Assembly (NCBI GenBank): GCA_963843575.1
Contig: CAWJKZ010000026.1
Coordinates: 96,001-160,000, forward strand
DNA from: an uncultured Acidobacteriota bacterium
Lineage (GTDB): Bacteria > Acidobacteriota > UBA6911
Reading direction: 5' to 3'
DNA: 64,000 nucleotides
How positions within the stretch are numbered: position 1 is the stretch's first letter; every line of letters begins with the position of its first letter. Of the stretch, positions 20,157-31,600 are shown one piece after another. Both the position numbers and the translations under genes were made by a program. A model generated the notes under the pieces. That model was not told the origin of the DNA and ran no database searches. It worked only from the letters and a program-made list of their open reading frames with translations.

Positions 20157-22619
20157 TTATGCGCTTTCCAGGGCGCGGACTCCGAGCAGCGGTTCCAGCA
20201 CCAGCCGTTCCTCGAGCGGGAGTTCCAGCAGGACGCGCGGATCCCGGGTCTCCGCGTAGGCGAGGGCGCCGTTGAGCAGACGGAAGGCGAGGGCGAATTC
20301 GGCGTCGGTAGCCCATTCGTGCCACAGGTCTCGCCAGAGCCGCAGGTCGGGGAGTGGGGCCGTCGACATCGCCGGGATCGAATCCACCAAGCCCTGGGCC
20401 AGTGCCCGCAACGCACGGTGCTTGCGGTAGATGAGCACCACCAGGCGTATCGCGAGGCGCAGGCGAGATCGGTCCCCGATGAGATCGGTCAGGTTGCGGA
20501 CGATGGACGTGGTGTTCCCGGCATCCGGTGTTTCACAGTGGGCAAAGCGGAGCAGCGCCGAGTCCAGCGTAACGCCGCCCTCACGCCAACGCTGCAGGGC
20601 CAGGAGAGACTCGGCCTCCTTGAAGTGGACAAAAGAGGAGTCCTCGCCGAGCCGACGGGACTTGCGAAATGCACCGAGGGCGTCGTCGTGTTGACACAGG
20701 TTCGCCAGGGCTGACCCGCGGACAACCCAGCCGAGCGGGTCAGACGGAGCCCGCGCGATGGCGGCGTCGGCGCTCACGAGGGCCTCGTCCAGCCTCTTGA
20801 GTTCGATGAGAGCAGCGCTCTGGTGGACAAAGGCGCGGGCGTTTTCCGGATCGAGGGAGGTCGCGGCCTCCAGGAATCCGAGCGCCTCATCGAATCGGCC
20901 CAAGCTCGACAGTACGACGCCGCAGCCGAAGTGGGCGACAGGATCTTCCGGGTCGCGCGCGATGGCTTGATGATAGGCGCCCACGGCATCCTCGTACCGG
21001 CCATGCGTCTCGAATATTTCCGCACAGGTGATATAGGCGTCGGAGGCCTCCGGGTCGAGCCCGAGCGCCTTCTCGCAGGCATTGAGCGCCATCTGGTGGT
21101 GACCGAGGGTGTGAAGCAGCGACGCTCGCAGTGCCCAGCCCCGCGCGTCCTCGGGCGACAGTTCGAGCATTTTGTCGCAGGCCGCCAGCGCCTCTTGCGG
21201 TTTACCTCCGTGCACCAGGCAGACGGCGCGGGCGAGCCAGTCCTGGGCATCGTCGCGGATGACCGTGAGCTCCTCGACGGCCCTGAGTGCACGCCCAAAA
21301 TCACCTCTCTCGACCGCGTGATTGTACTCGCCGCCGCAGGCCGCGATGCGTGGATCGGTCTGGCCGGACTCGGCCAACCGCAAAGCCGGCACGCCGTACT
21401 TGCGCTCCAGCACCGCTTCCCGGTGGAGTTCCGACAGCCTCTGCTTCAGTTCGCCCGGCGAATACCAGAGGCCCAGAAACTCGATCAGGAGGCGTATCGG
21501 TTCGTCCCGGTGCTTCTTGACCTCGACCGACAAGCGCATCAGCGGCTCGCGCAGTTCGTAGTACTTTTCACGCCCCGAGGCGATCGAGTGCAAGTACCCG
21601 GTCTCGCTCAAGGTCTCGAGCTGGGAAACCGCTGTAGCCGGAGCCAGAAAACAGTGCTGCGCGATTTCCCGGGCTGAAACGGCGGACCGCCGCTCGCACA
21701 TCCACTCCAGAACCTTGCGCAGTTTGGGCGGCAGACCGCTGATGCGGGACTGGTAATAGGGCGTCAGGTCGTCAATTGTGCGCACCAGCGGTTCGACGAG
21801 GTCTTCCAGCGATTCACTCGTGATGAACTCCGAAAAGATGATGCACACACGGTGGTTGCCCCCTGCCAGGTACTTCAGCGCCCTGATCCTGGAGCGGCCC
21901 AGCGGGGTCACCAGGAAGGCGGCGAGCCTCCCGTTCCCGGTATGCTGGGCGATCTTCGACAGCAGCAGGGAAGTGTCCTCGAGCGACAACCCCTCCAGAA
22001 GGTGCCGATGAAAGAAGTTGCAGAACGGGGACGACGGGCGCAACAGCCCGTTCCAAAGCGACTGCGCCGTCGCCACGAACATCCAGAAAGGATTGTCCCT
22101 GAGGTAGACGTGCAGGCGGTACTGGCCCGCGTCGCCGAGTCCTTTAAACAAATCGTCCAGGTTTTCCGCGAAAACGAGGAGCGTTCGGTTTCCAACTAAT
22201 CCCCGGAGAAGGTGGGTCGCCTCGCGTTCGGCCTGCTCAGGGGGCAGTTTGTAGAGTGCTTCGACCGTCTGGGCGAAGGCTGGGTCGCCGACCGTAGTCT
22301 CCACCGCCCGCAGCGTTCGCAGCAGGAGGTCGAGAACCGAATTGACGCCCCACTCTTCCTCCCGCAGCCAGGCAATCACCACCCGGCCGCTGAGTTCTTG
22401 GTCACGCCGGATCCGGTGGCTGAGTATCGAAATCAGGTGAGTCTTGCCAATCCCACGCGGGCCGACCAGCAGCGTGTGGCCCTTGACAGGCGCCTGCACG
22501 CTCTGTCTGATGCGCTCCAGGACTTCCTGCGCCAGCCCTTCCCGCTGGACAAAGATCGCTTCCAGCGCTTCCGGGTCCATCATGCTGGGAGTGAAGCGCG
22601 ACAGAAATGTTGCCGACAT
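20157..22619 (-). CDS. STAND-like P-loop ATPase with winged helix and TPR array
   Basis: Walker A GPRGIGKT, Walker B-like LVFAENLD, GGNHR, wHTH (EIAQHCFLAPATAVSQLETL), about 7 TPRs. Confidence 0.85.
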   Translation of the reverse strand: MSATFLSRFTPSMMDPEALEAIFVQREGLAQEVLERIRQSVQAPVKGHTLLVGPRGIGKTHLISILSHRIRRDQELSGRVVIAWLREEEWGVNSVLDLLLRTLRAVETTVGDPAFAQTVEALYKLPPEQAEREATHLLRGLVGNRTLLVFAENLDDLFKGLGDAGQYRLHVYLRDNPFWMFVATAQSLWNGLLRPSSPFCNFFHRHLLEGLSLEDTSLLLSKIAQHTGNGRLAAFLVTPLGRSRIRALKYLAGGNHRVCIIFSEFITSESLEDLVEPLVRTIDDLTPYYQSRISGLPPKLRKVLEWMCERRSAVSAREIAQHCFLAPATAVSQLETLSETGYLHSIASGREKYYELREPLMRLSVEVKKHRDEPIRLLIEFLGLWYSPGELKQRLSELHREAVLERKYGVPALRLAESGQTDPRIAACGGEYNHAVERGDFGRALRAVEELTVIRDDAQDWLARAVCLVHGGKPQEALAACDKMLELSPEDARGWALRASLLHTLGHHQMALNACEKALGLDPEASDAYITCAEIFETHGRYEDAVGAYHQAIARDPEDPVAHFGCGVVLSSLGRFDEALGFLEAATSLDPENARAFVHQSAALIELKRLDEALVSADAAIARAPSDPLGWVVRGSALANLCQHDDALGAFRKSRRLGEDSSFVHFKEAESLLALQRWREGGVTLDSALLRFAHCETPDAGNTTSIVRNLTDLIGDRSRLRLAIRLVVLIYRKHRALRALAQGLVDSIPAMSTAPLPDLRLWRDLWHEWATDAEFALAFRLLNGALAYAETRDPRVLLELPLEERLVLEPLLGVRALESA

Positions 22620-22836
22620 AGAAAGCGCCGTCTTCTTCCGCAACGCCGGCATGCCCAGGGCAAGCCGGACGACAACAGCATGGTACTCGCGCGAGTCGAT
22701 CCGAATATACTGCAAATCAGCGCGCCCGGCACGTAGATCCGACTCGGCACCACTTGGCTTTCAGGCCGATACGTCGCGCCGTTTAGGCGGGCGCTGGCGC
22801 GACGCCCGCGATCGCGCGCGATCCTCCGAGGTTGAT

Positions 22837-23079
22837 TCAGGCCTGTTTTTCCAGGTCTGCCAACGTGTAATCCTTCATCTCGATCACGCTCTTTACCCCG
22901 AGCCGGGCACACGCACCGTCATATATCTGCTTGACCGCCTTCTTGGCCTCCTGCAGTTCCTTGAGCTTGGCCTTGGCTTTGGCCAGTTCGGCCACAATGT
23001 CCCTGTCCAGAAGATCCAGCTCTTCCTTTGCCATCTGGCGGGTTGTCTCATAGCGCAGTTTCTGCTGTTCCGTCAACAT
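22837..23079 (-). CDS. Small coiled-coil hypothetical protein
   Basis: 80-aa ORF, GAGG/AGGA RBS-like sequence, heptad-rich; 6 nt downstream of the TonB gene. Confidence 0.7.
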   Translation of the reverse strand: MLTEQQKLRYETTRQMAKEELDLLDRDIVAELAKAKAKLKELQEAKKAVKQIYDGACARLGVKSVIEMKDYTLADLEKQA

Positions 23080-23085
23080 GTCATC

Positions 23086-24720
23086 CTACCTCTGATTGGT
23101 GAATACAACGGTGACTTTCCCCTGACTGGCAACGTTGCTTCCGCCGAGGGTTGCCGGCTTGAAACGCCACTTCCTGACGGCGTCCTCCGCCGCGGCATGA
23201 AAGAGTTGCGGCCCGCTGATGGGCTTCGCCTTGGTCACTCGGCCTTGCGCGTCAATTTCAATTTCAAGGTCTACCGTGCCCGAGATGTTTCTCTTGCGGG
23301 CGATGTCCGGGAAAACCGGCAGCACCCTCGACAAAAGCACAGCCTGCGTGCCCGACGGGTTTGCCGCCGGCACTCCGCTGGAAGGGGAGGCGGTTGGAAG
23401 CCGGGGTGCCGGCGCCGCCGCAGGCAGGGAAGTTGAGGTGGGAGACGGGAGGTTTGCGGCGGTCGATGTGGCGGGGGGCCCCGGTGCGGGGTCGGTCGGT
23501 TCTTCCGCTGCCGGTCGTGTGTCCGCTGCGGCGTGCTCTCCCTGCAGCCCCACCGAACCGGCCGGCGCTTGCGTTACCTGGGGATCATCCGCCGCCGGAG
23601 CCGCTGCCGGTGCGACCGGGGGTGGCGCAGTCGGCGTCACTTGCCGGATTTCATCCGGTGGACGCGTTCTGGGCGCACCTGCCTCGTTGAGCGCACGCGC
23701 TGGTGGGCTGGAGTCGTTGCCGGACCTGCGGGTCTTCGTGGCGGCTCCTGGCTCAGGCTCTATCGCTTCCTGGGACGGCTGTTTTGCCGCGGCAGTCACC
23801 TCGGGTGCCTGCGGTCCGTTGTCGACGGCCGACGCGGGGAGGGCCGGGGGGGTCGTTTCCTCTGCTGGACCTTCGGCGGGTACCGCAGACGCTCCGGTCG
23901 GACTTGGCGCACTCCTGGGGCGCGGCCTGAACAGGAAATACAGCAGGATGGCGGTGATCACCAGGTAAACGATGATCCCCACCCTTATCAGGATCTTCCG
24001 TCGGGAGTGCTCGGGTTGCGTGTTCAGGGTCCAAAGCGGCCTTTCATATTCGTCAGCCACTTCCCGGACGCCGTCCTGGACGGCCGCGGGAGTCTCCTCT
24101 GACGCCGGCGTGACGGCGATCGCCGAGGCGTTGAACGATGGATCAATGAGGGCGCTGCCCGGGTCGTCGGCATCGACCGTTGCCTGGGTAAGAGAGGCGT
24201 CGGGTTGCGCGAGTGCGGGCCCGGGGACTTCGAGGGGTTCCGGCGTGGCCGTGGGTACTTCCGGGACCACGGGTGCCGGTTCCTCCGCGTCCACCGCCGA
24301 GAGCTGTTCCAGGTCGTCGATTGTATGGGCGATGCTCTCGTCCAAATCGTTCGCGGGTCGAATGAACGGCAGTGGAGCCGTGTCCGGAGACTGCGAGGCC
24401 GTTGAGGGTGGCGGGTCGGTCCGGGCCGTGGCGTCGTCCACGGCGGCTGGTATGGCTGCCGCCAGTCCCGTCAGGTGCGCGCTGACGTCCGTTTCCGGGC
24501 TCAACTCGGAAAGCAGCGCGTCCACCTGCTCTGTCGACGTCTCGTGGGATGACTCGTATTCCGCCGTAACCGAGTTGGCGTGCTCCAAAAAGTTGAAGAC
24601 GAGCCTGTCCAACTCATCCGGCCGATCCGTGGGGGGGTCTCCAACCGGGAGCGCGGCGCCATCGGCCGCATCGTCATGCGTCTGGTCCGAATGGAGAATC
24701 TTCTTCGGGTCGCTGCTCAC
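23086..24720 (-). CDS. TonB C-terminal domain protein with long acidic N-terminal region
   Basis: Single TM helix, Pro/Ala linker, PVFPDIARKRNISGTVDLEIEIDAQGRV...AVRKWRFKPA; start approximate (GTG after GAGGT). Confidence 0.8.
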   Translation of the reverse strand: MSSDPKKILHSDQTHDDAADGAALPVGDPPTDRPDELDRLVFNFLEHANSVTAEYESSHETSTEQVDALLSELSPETDVSAHLTGLAAAIPAAVDDATARTDPPPSTASQSPDTAPLPFIRPANDLDESIAHTIDDLEQLSAVDAEEPAPVVPEVPTATPEPLEVPGPALAQPDASLTQATVDADDPGSALIDPSFNASAIAVTPASEETPAAVQDGVREVADEYERPLWTLNTQPEHSRRKILIRVGIIVYLVITAILLYFLFRPRPRSAPSPTGASAVPAEGPAEETTPPALPASAVDNGPQAPEVTAAAKQPSQEAIEPEPGAATKTRRSGNDSSPPARALNEAGAPRTRPPDEIRQVTPTAPPPVAPAAAPAADDPQVTQAPAGSVGLQGEHAAADTRPAAEEPTDPAPGPPATSTAANLPSPTSTSLPAAAPAPRLPTASPSSGVPAANPSGTQAVLLSRVLPVFPDIARKRNISGTVDLEIEIDAQGRVTKAKPISGPQLFHAAAEDAVRKWRFKPATLGGSNVASQGKVTVVFTNQR

Positions 24721-24818
24721 GACATTGACCTCATACTGCAGGACGACGGGGTCGCAGAGAAATCGACGGGCGGAAGCCGTGCGGCCGGCCAACACTGTCC
24801 AGTTCGGTATGATACCTT

Positions 24819-24847
24819 ACTCTAGCAGAAGCCCTCAACATAGACAA
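24819..24847 (-). promoter_or_regulatory. Putative sigma70 promoter of the TonB gene
   Basis: TTGTCT-17 bp-TAGAGT with extended TGn. Confidence 0.45.
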
Positions 24848-24984
24848 GCCGCCCCCGACCCTAGCCTGCACATTGTAACAGTTGTCTTTACGAGACACAG
24901 CCCGCAGGTGAATCTCCTGCGTCGGCCGCCCCGTTCTGTTCGCTCCGATGGCCGTAACGCCTACAAGATCTTATCGGCGCCCTC

Positions 24985-25000
24985 GGGGAATTTATTCCGG
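24985..25000 (+). promoter_or_regulatory. Candidate upstream activator site
   Basis: GGGGAATTTATTCCGG; the same motif precedes four other sigma54 sites. Confidence 0.6.
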
Positions 25001-25064
25001 TCGAACTATCTGAGCCTCGGGTGACCTCTGGCCTGCAAGTCGCGTGTTCGCGTCGGGTCGGTTG

Positions 25065-25080
25065 TGGTACGCCCCTTGCT
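25065..25080 (+). promoter_or_regulatory. Sigma54 -24/-12 promoter of hemerythrin
   Basis: TGGTACGCCCCTTGCT. Confidence 0.75.
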
Positions 25081-25117
25081 TCAGGGATTGCGACACATCG
25101 AGCCGGAGGTGCTTCTG

Positions 25118-25625
25118 ATGGTTATAAAGAACAGGACGAATACCAGGCCCAACCGATCCGCCAGAAAAGATGCCATTGCCATGTTTGAAGGAGGACCACA
25201 AACGCGTGCAGTATCTCCTGGGAAAGCTCGAAGCGTCCTCGGGCCGCGCTTCAAAATCGCGGGACTCCCTGTTAGCGCGAGTCGAGCGGAAGTGAAAACG
25301 CACGCCACGTTGGAAGATGAGATCTTCTACCCCGCCTACAAAGAAGCGGTGCGCAAGAAAGAGGATCAGAAGCTCTACTTCGAGGCGGCAGAGGAGCACC
25401 ACGTCGCGGACGTGGTCATGGCGGAGTTCCAGGATCAATCCCGATTCGGAATCGTTTGCGGCAAAATGCAAGGTTCTGAAGGACTTGGTCGAGCACCATA
25501 TACGGGAGGAAGAACGTGAGATGTTCCCGGTGGCCCGGAAGACCCTTGGCTCGGATCGCTTGCAGGAGCTTGGCAAGCGCATCGAAGAGCGCAAAGAGGA
25601 ACTCATGGCCGAGAGCGGTCGATGA
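25118..25625 (+). CDS. Hemerythrin (HHE) domain protein, two frameshifts
   Basis: GGAGGT RBS; DAIAM/LKEDH, HATLEDEIFYP, EEHHV, HHIREEEREMFP. Confidence 0.85.
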
Positions 25626-25646
25626 TCCGCTGACGGTCTGTGGCCC

Positions 25647-28600
25647 ATGGGGCCTATGAAGTCGCCCACGAGGAAAACGGCACTGCTGATCACGGCTGCC
25701 GTGGCGCTACTGGTCGCGCTCACCGTTGCCTTACTGCGGACGCCTCTTGTCGTGCGCCTGGCGATGGAGCGCGCGCAGGCGTATCTGCACGACAACTACG
25801 GCATCGACCTCAGCGCCGGACACGCGGACATCGACGTGGCGCGGGGAACTCTCTGGATGCGGGACGTCCTGGCGAAATCCGCCGCGTATCCCGATCTCCC
25901 GGCGATTCTCCGAGTCGACGACGCCTCGGTCAACTTCAGCGTCTTCGACCTGCTCCGAGGGAGGATACACGTTCAATCCGCTCGTCTCACGGGACTGGCA
26001 TTGAACGTCGTTGTCGCGCCGGATGGGCGCAACAACCTGCCGAGCATTGAGCAGCGCGCGCCCTTTCGCGGCTTGCCTCCATTCGTTGTGGATTCGCTCA
26101 CCGTCGAGCGGGCATCGCTCTCCGTGGACGACAGGCAGAAGGACCGGGCCCTCGAGTTGCCGGAGTGGTCGCTGCGCATAATGGGCACGTCGCAACCACT
26201 TGCCCACGAACTCCGCATGAGGTTGCTGCGGGCAGGGATCGTCCGTGCCGAGGCTCGTACCGTCTCGATTGAGCAGTTTGACGCGGTCGCTGCCGTTTCC
26301 AGGACCGACGTGCAGACCTCGACGATCGCGGTGCGTATCGGCGGTTCCTCGCTGCAGATGCGCGGCGCAGTCCGCGACCTCGGGGATCCCGTGCTCGACC
26401 TCTCTTTCGACTCCGTACTGGACCTGCCGGCGCTCAGTCGTCTTGCTCAGACCCCTGAGCAGGTAGGGGGGACATTGCGGGTGAGCGGCCGAGTTGCCGG
26501 AAAGCCGAGTGCCCTCGTGGTTTCAGGCCACGCTCGAGGGGATGGAATCTCAACCGCCGGGTATGACCGGGTCCGCCTCGAGACGGACTATCGCTTTCGT
26601 TCCGGCGACCCTCGTTTGGAGATTGAAAACCTCGACATCTTCTCCCCTTACGGCAGGGTGCAGGCACGCGGCGCGGCGGCTCTTACTCCGGAGCTGCGGA
26701 GTTCGATAGAAGGTCGCATCGAAGACTGGGATCTGGCCCCTCTGGGCCGGTTCCTCGACAAATCCGTGCGGGTTGCCAGCCGCGCAACCGCGAGGTTTGC
26801 GGTGTCGTGGTCCGGTATGGAGGTGGCAAGCGTGTCGGGGTTTGGGCGGCTGCAGCTTGTGCCGAACCGGCAGGCGGCGGCTCGAGGTCTCCTGCCTCTC
26901 GGCGGGGCTGTCGTCGTCCGAGCCCGACCTGGCCAGATCGACGCCACCCTGGAGGCGTTGAGTTTGTTGGGAGCCAGGATTTCCGGTTCGGCCACGTTGC
27001 GCGACGGAAGCCGGATATCCGGCGAAATCACAGGGGATGTCGCTGCCGTGGACCGCTTCCAGGACCAGCTCCAGTCACTCCTGGGAAGGCCCGGCGCTTT
27101 GCTACCCATTCAACTTGCCGGAAGGGCGGCTGTTTCTGCGCGTTTGGCGGGCACCATGTCGGCGCCGTCGGCCGAAGGAACAATTGAGTCTTCCGATCTG
27201 GCATTCGGCCGACTGCGCAACCTGGCTCTGACGGCCCACGCCTACCTTGATCCAGCCCGGCTCTTGATCCGGGATGCCGTGGCGAACATGGGCGGCCAGG
27301 TGCTCCGTATCGCCGGAACTGTCGGATTCGGCGGGAGGGACCCGGTGCTGGACCTCGAGGCTGCTCTGGAGCGTGGATCCATAGTTGCGCTTCTGGCTGC
27401 GGCAGACCTCGACGTTCCTATGAACGGGACGATCGAGGCCCGTGCCCGCGTGGCCGGCCCACTTGGTCAACTGCAGGGGGACGCACACGTTTCGGCGACG
27501 GGGCTGGTGGTCGGGGGGGAAACGCTGGGAACTTTCGGTTTGGATGCCATCCTGGGTGCGGGAACTCTCCGGACGACAAGGGCCGTGCTACAGAAAACCG
27601 CGGGAGACGAAGCCGCCGGTTACATGACCGCCGACGCTTCCTACGACGTCGAATCAGGGATATTTGCCTTCAACGCCGCGGCGCGGGAGTTTTGGCTTCC
27701 GCAGAGACTGCCTGTTGGCGGTAGCATCTCAGGCACTGCTGCGGGCCAGGGCACAGTGCAGGATCCCGTGATCGATCTCAAACTCGAGATCCCGGACATG
27801 TCGGTTCGGGGGGAGAGCGTCGGGAACGCGAGTTTGACCGCGGCGCTCCGGGGAGACGACGGCGAGGTGCGTGCGGAGTTGCCCCGTCTCAACCTGTCCG
27901 CAAACGGTAAGGTCCAGGCGCGTTCCCCGTTCCCGGCCGAGCTGCACGTCGAAGCCCGGGACCTCGACTTGTCGCTGCTCAGGCTCCCGGTTGCCGACGG
28001 TCAGGTACTGGCCGGCCGCATCGACGCTGCCGCAACGGGGACGGCAAACCTAAAAGAATGGAAGGCGGGGGAGGTTTCCGTTGTGGTCAGGAAAGCCAAC
28101 TTGGTTGCGCGTTCCCGGGAACTGCGCAACGACGGCCCAGTACAGGCCCGATATCAGCGAGGCACGTTGGAGATCGACGAGGCTCGTCTCGTGACGGAGT
28201 CGTCCTCCCTGGTTGTCGCCGGCACGATTGCACTCGACCGCGAGGCCCCCCGCAGCAAGCTCACGTTGAAAGGAGCACTCGAGATCGGGGACCTGCAACC
28301 GTTTTTCGAATCTCCTCCCGGTTTCTTCGCGTCCGGCTTGTTGAAATTCGACATGGCGCTGGAGGGAACCCCAGCGGAGATCGGAGCTTCCGGTGGTTTC
28401 TCCATGTCCGACGGCTTTCTGCATGTGCCCCAGATCCGACTGCCACTCACCGATATCGCGATCGATGGGAGTCTGGGCGACGGCGCGGTGCAGGTGCGAT
28501 CGGCCGAATCGCTGTGGGGCGCAGGGCGGATTACATACGCCGGCGAGATTCCGCTTGGGCTGCTCCCGAGAATGCCGTTTCGCTTCGAGCGGAAGCAGGG

Positions 28601-31600
28601 GGCGGCGCGCTTCGAGCTGACCTTCAGCAATCCCCGGCTCGAAGCGACCGAGGAGCTGCCGGCAGGCGTAGGGGGATCCCTCGACCTGCAGGTGCGCGGG
28701 GAACTCGGGCGTCCGGACCTGGAGTCACTCCGCGCCGTCGCGACAAGCAACAGGCTTCAGCTGACCGCCGGAGAGCTGGTCTTCGAACAACCACGCCCTG
28801 CCACGATCACGGTCCGGGACGGAACCGTGCGGGTTGACAACTTCGCACTCCAGGGTCCGGGTAGCCGCGTCGCGGTGAGCGGCACCGCGGGCCTGCTCGG
28901 CGAGCATCCGCTCGACCTGCGTGTCGATGGGGACGTGGATGCAGGGATCTTTTCGGTCTTCTCCAGCGATCTGCGGCTCACCGGCACTACCCGCCTCGAG
29001 GTGGCCGTGAAAGGCACCACGAGTGCCCCCGCGGTGTCAGGATTCGCGCAGCTTCAGGACGGAGAAGCCAGCGTCCGGTCTCTCCGGCTCGGTGCGGACG
29101 ATCTGAACGTCAAGCTGGGCTTCGCCGGGAACCGCATGACGGTCCAGACTCTCGCGGGTACCCTGAACGGCGGGACCCTGAGCGGCACTGGGACTCTCGA
29201 CTACAAGGGGACCACTCTTACCGGCTTGAACCTTGGCGCCCGGCTCGACGGCGTGTACGTCGGTTACCCCGAAGGGTTGCGCGCCATTGTCAACGGTAAC
29301 CTGAACATCAAGAGCACGGAAAGCCCCATCGTGGTCGGCGGGACGATCCTGGTGCAGGAGGGGTCGTATACCGAGCCCTCCCAGGCGGGGGGACTGTTCG
29401 GCGCCCTCAGTTCGAAGCAGGTCCTGGATGTCAGCCAGAAGCGAGACCCAGTCCTGTCGCGGATTCGCTACAACGTCGCGGTGCGTACGGTCGACCCCGT
29501 CTCGGTCTCCACCGGCATGGCAAAGCTTGCGGCCAGCGGCAATCTCCGGCTGGTCGGGACCTACTACAACCCTTCCATCGTGGGTCGGGCGACTTTCGAC
29601 GAAGGGGGCGAACTCCGGCTGAACGAGAGACAATACGTGCTCGATCAGGGGTCGATCAGCTTCGTCAACGAAAACCGCATTGAGCCGGTGCTTGATATCG
29701 AGGGCCGGACCGAGGTGGCCGGCTACGATATCAACCTCGCATTGACCGGAACGCCGGAGAACCCGAAAACCGCCTTGACCTCCGACCCACCCTTGCCGGA
29801 ACCGGACATCCTCTCACTCCTCCTCACCGGCCGGACCCAGGAGGAGTTTCGCGGCGAGGAGCTGGAGTTTGCCAAGGAACAGGCACTTTCGCTTGTGGCG
29901 GGGGAGGCGGGCGCCCGGATATCCCAGGGTGCGCAACGAGTCCTGGGGCTCAGTACGGTGCGGATCGAGCCCAACCTCATCTCGCCCGAATCGGATCCCG
30001 GCGCCAGGTTGACGGTAGGACAGAATCTCACCAACGATCTGCGGCTCATATATTCCATGAACCTAGTCAACAGCAACGACCAGATCTGGATCGGGGAGTA
30101 CGACGTGACGCGCCGCTTCGTCACCCGCGCGCTCAAACAGCAGGACAACAGCTACAGGTTCGAATTCCAGCACGATCTGCGCTTCGGCGGATCCGCCTCC
30201 ACCGGAAGGGTGCGACGATTCGACCGCACCAAGCGCGAAGTCGGCACCGTGTCGTTCAAGGGGGGAACGGCCCTGGGCGAGAAACGGCTGCAATCCAGGC
30301 TGAACTTCAAGAGCGGGGACCGTTATGACTTCACCAAAGTTCAGAAAGCGAGGGAAGATCTGAGGGGCTACTTCGCCTCGGAGGGGCGGCTCGAGTCAAA
30401 AGTCTCGGTCAGCAGGAGCGGGGAAGACGGCAAGGTCGACCTGGCCTTTGCCGTGACGCCGGGACCGCGGGTCCGCTTCTTCTTCGACGGGGATCCCGCA
30501 CCGCGCGGTGCGGCCGAGAAGGTCGCCAGCGTCTGGAGCGACGGTGTTTTCGATCTGCAGCGTGTTCAGGATGCGGTGCAAGCCATACGCCGCTCCCTGA
30601 TCGCCGAAGGGTATCTGCAGTCCGACGTCCGTTACCGCATAGAGCAGGAGGGAGAGGCGAAGGATGTCCACTTCACCATCCGACGGGGTGCGACGTTTCA
30701 CGACGTCCAACTCGTCTTCAGCGGGAACTCGGACGTCGAGTCGGCGGAACTGCGGCACCAGATCGTCGCGGCGAAGCTGGAGAACGCGGTCTACAACGAT
30801 CCGTCCCAAGTTGTCGACCTGCTGGCGAACTATTACCGAACCCAGGGCTACACTCACGCCAAGGTGGAGTCGCCGAAACTGGACTTGAACCCGTCGACGG
30901 GCTCCGGACGTGTCGAGATCCCGATCAAGGAGGGTCCCCGGTTCAGGATAGGGCAGGTCGTTTTCCAGGGAAACACCCTCTCCGACGATACCCTCAGGCG
31001 AGCCTCGGCTCTCGGCACCGGGACCATTTTCGCCGCGAGGGAGGTTGACGGTGCCCTGGAACGGATCGACCGCTTCTATCACAGCCGCGGGTATAACGAT
31101 GCGACCTTCGACTACGAAACCCTGCTCGACGACAGCACCGGTCTTGCCGAAGTGCGGTTCCGGATCGAGGAGCGACGACGGACCGTGATCCAGAGCATCG
31201 TGGTGCAAGGTAATGAACGGACCCCGACCTCGTTCGTGCGCAAACAGTTGAGCATCTCGGAAGGGGAAATTCTCGATCCCGAGGCGATCGCTCGTTCCCG
31301 CCGGGCGCTCTACGATACCGGGGTGTTCACTCTGGTCGATTTCGACACGCAACCAGCCGATGCCGTTTCACCGGCGGGAAACACGAAACGGGTGGACATC
31401 ACGGTCAAGCTGCGCGAGGTCAAACCGTACCGTTTCCGTTATGGGGGATTCTACGATACCGACCGCGGCGCTGGTTTCACGGGGGACATCTCCAACCGCA
31501 ATTTTCTCGGGCGCGCCGCCGTCGTCGGGCTGCACACGCGCTACGACGGAACGATGAAGGAGGCCCGCACCTATTTCGGGCAGCCGTTCACATTCGGCAT

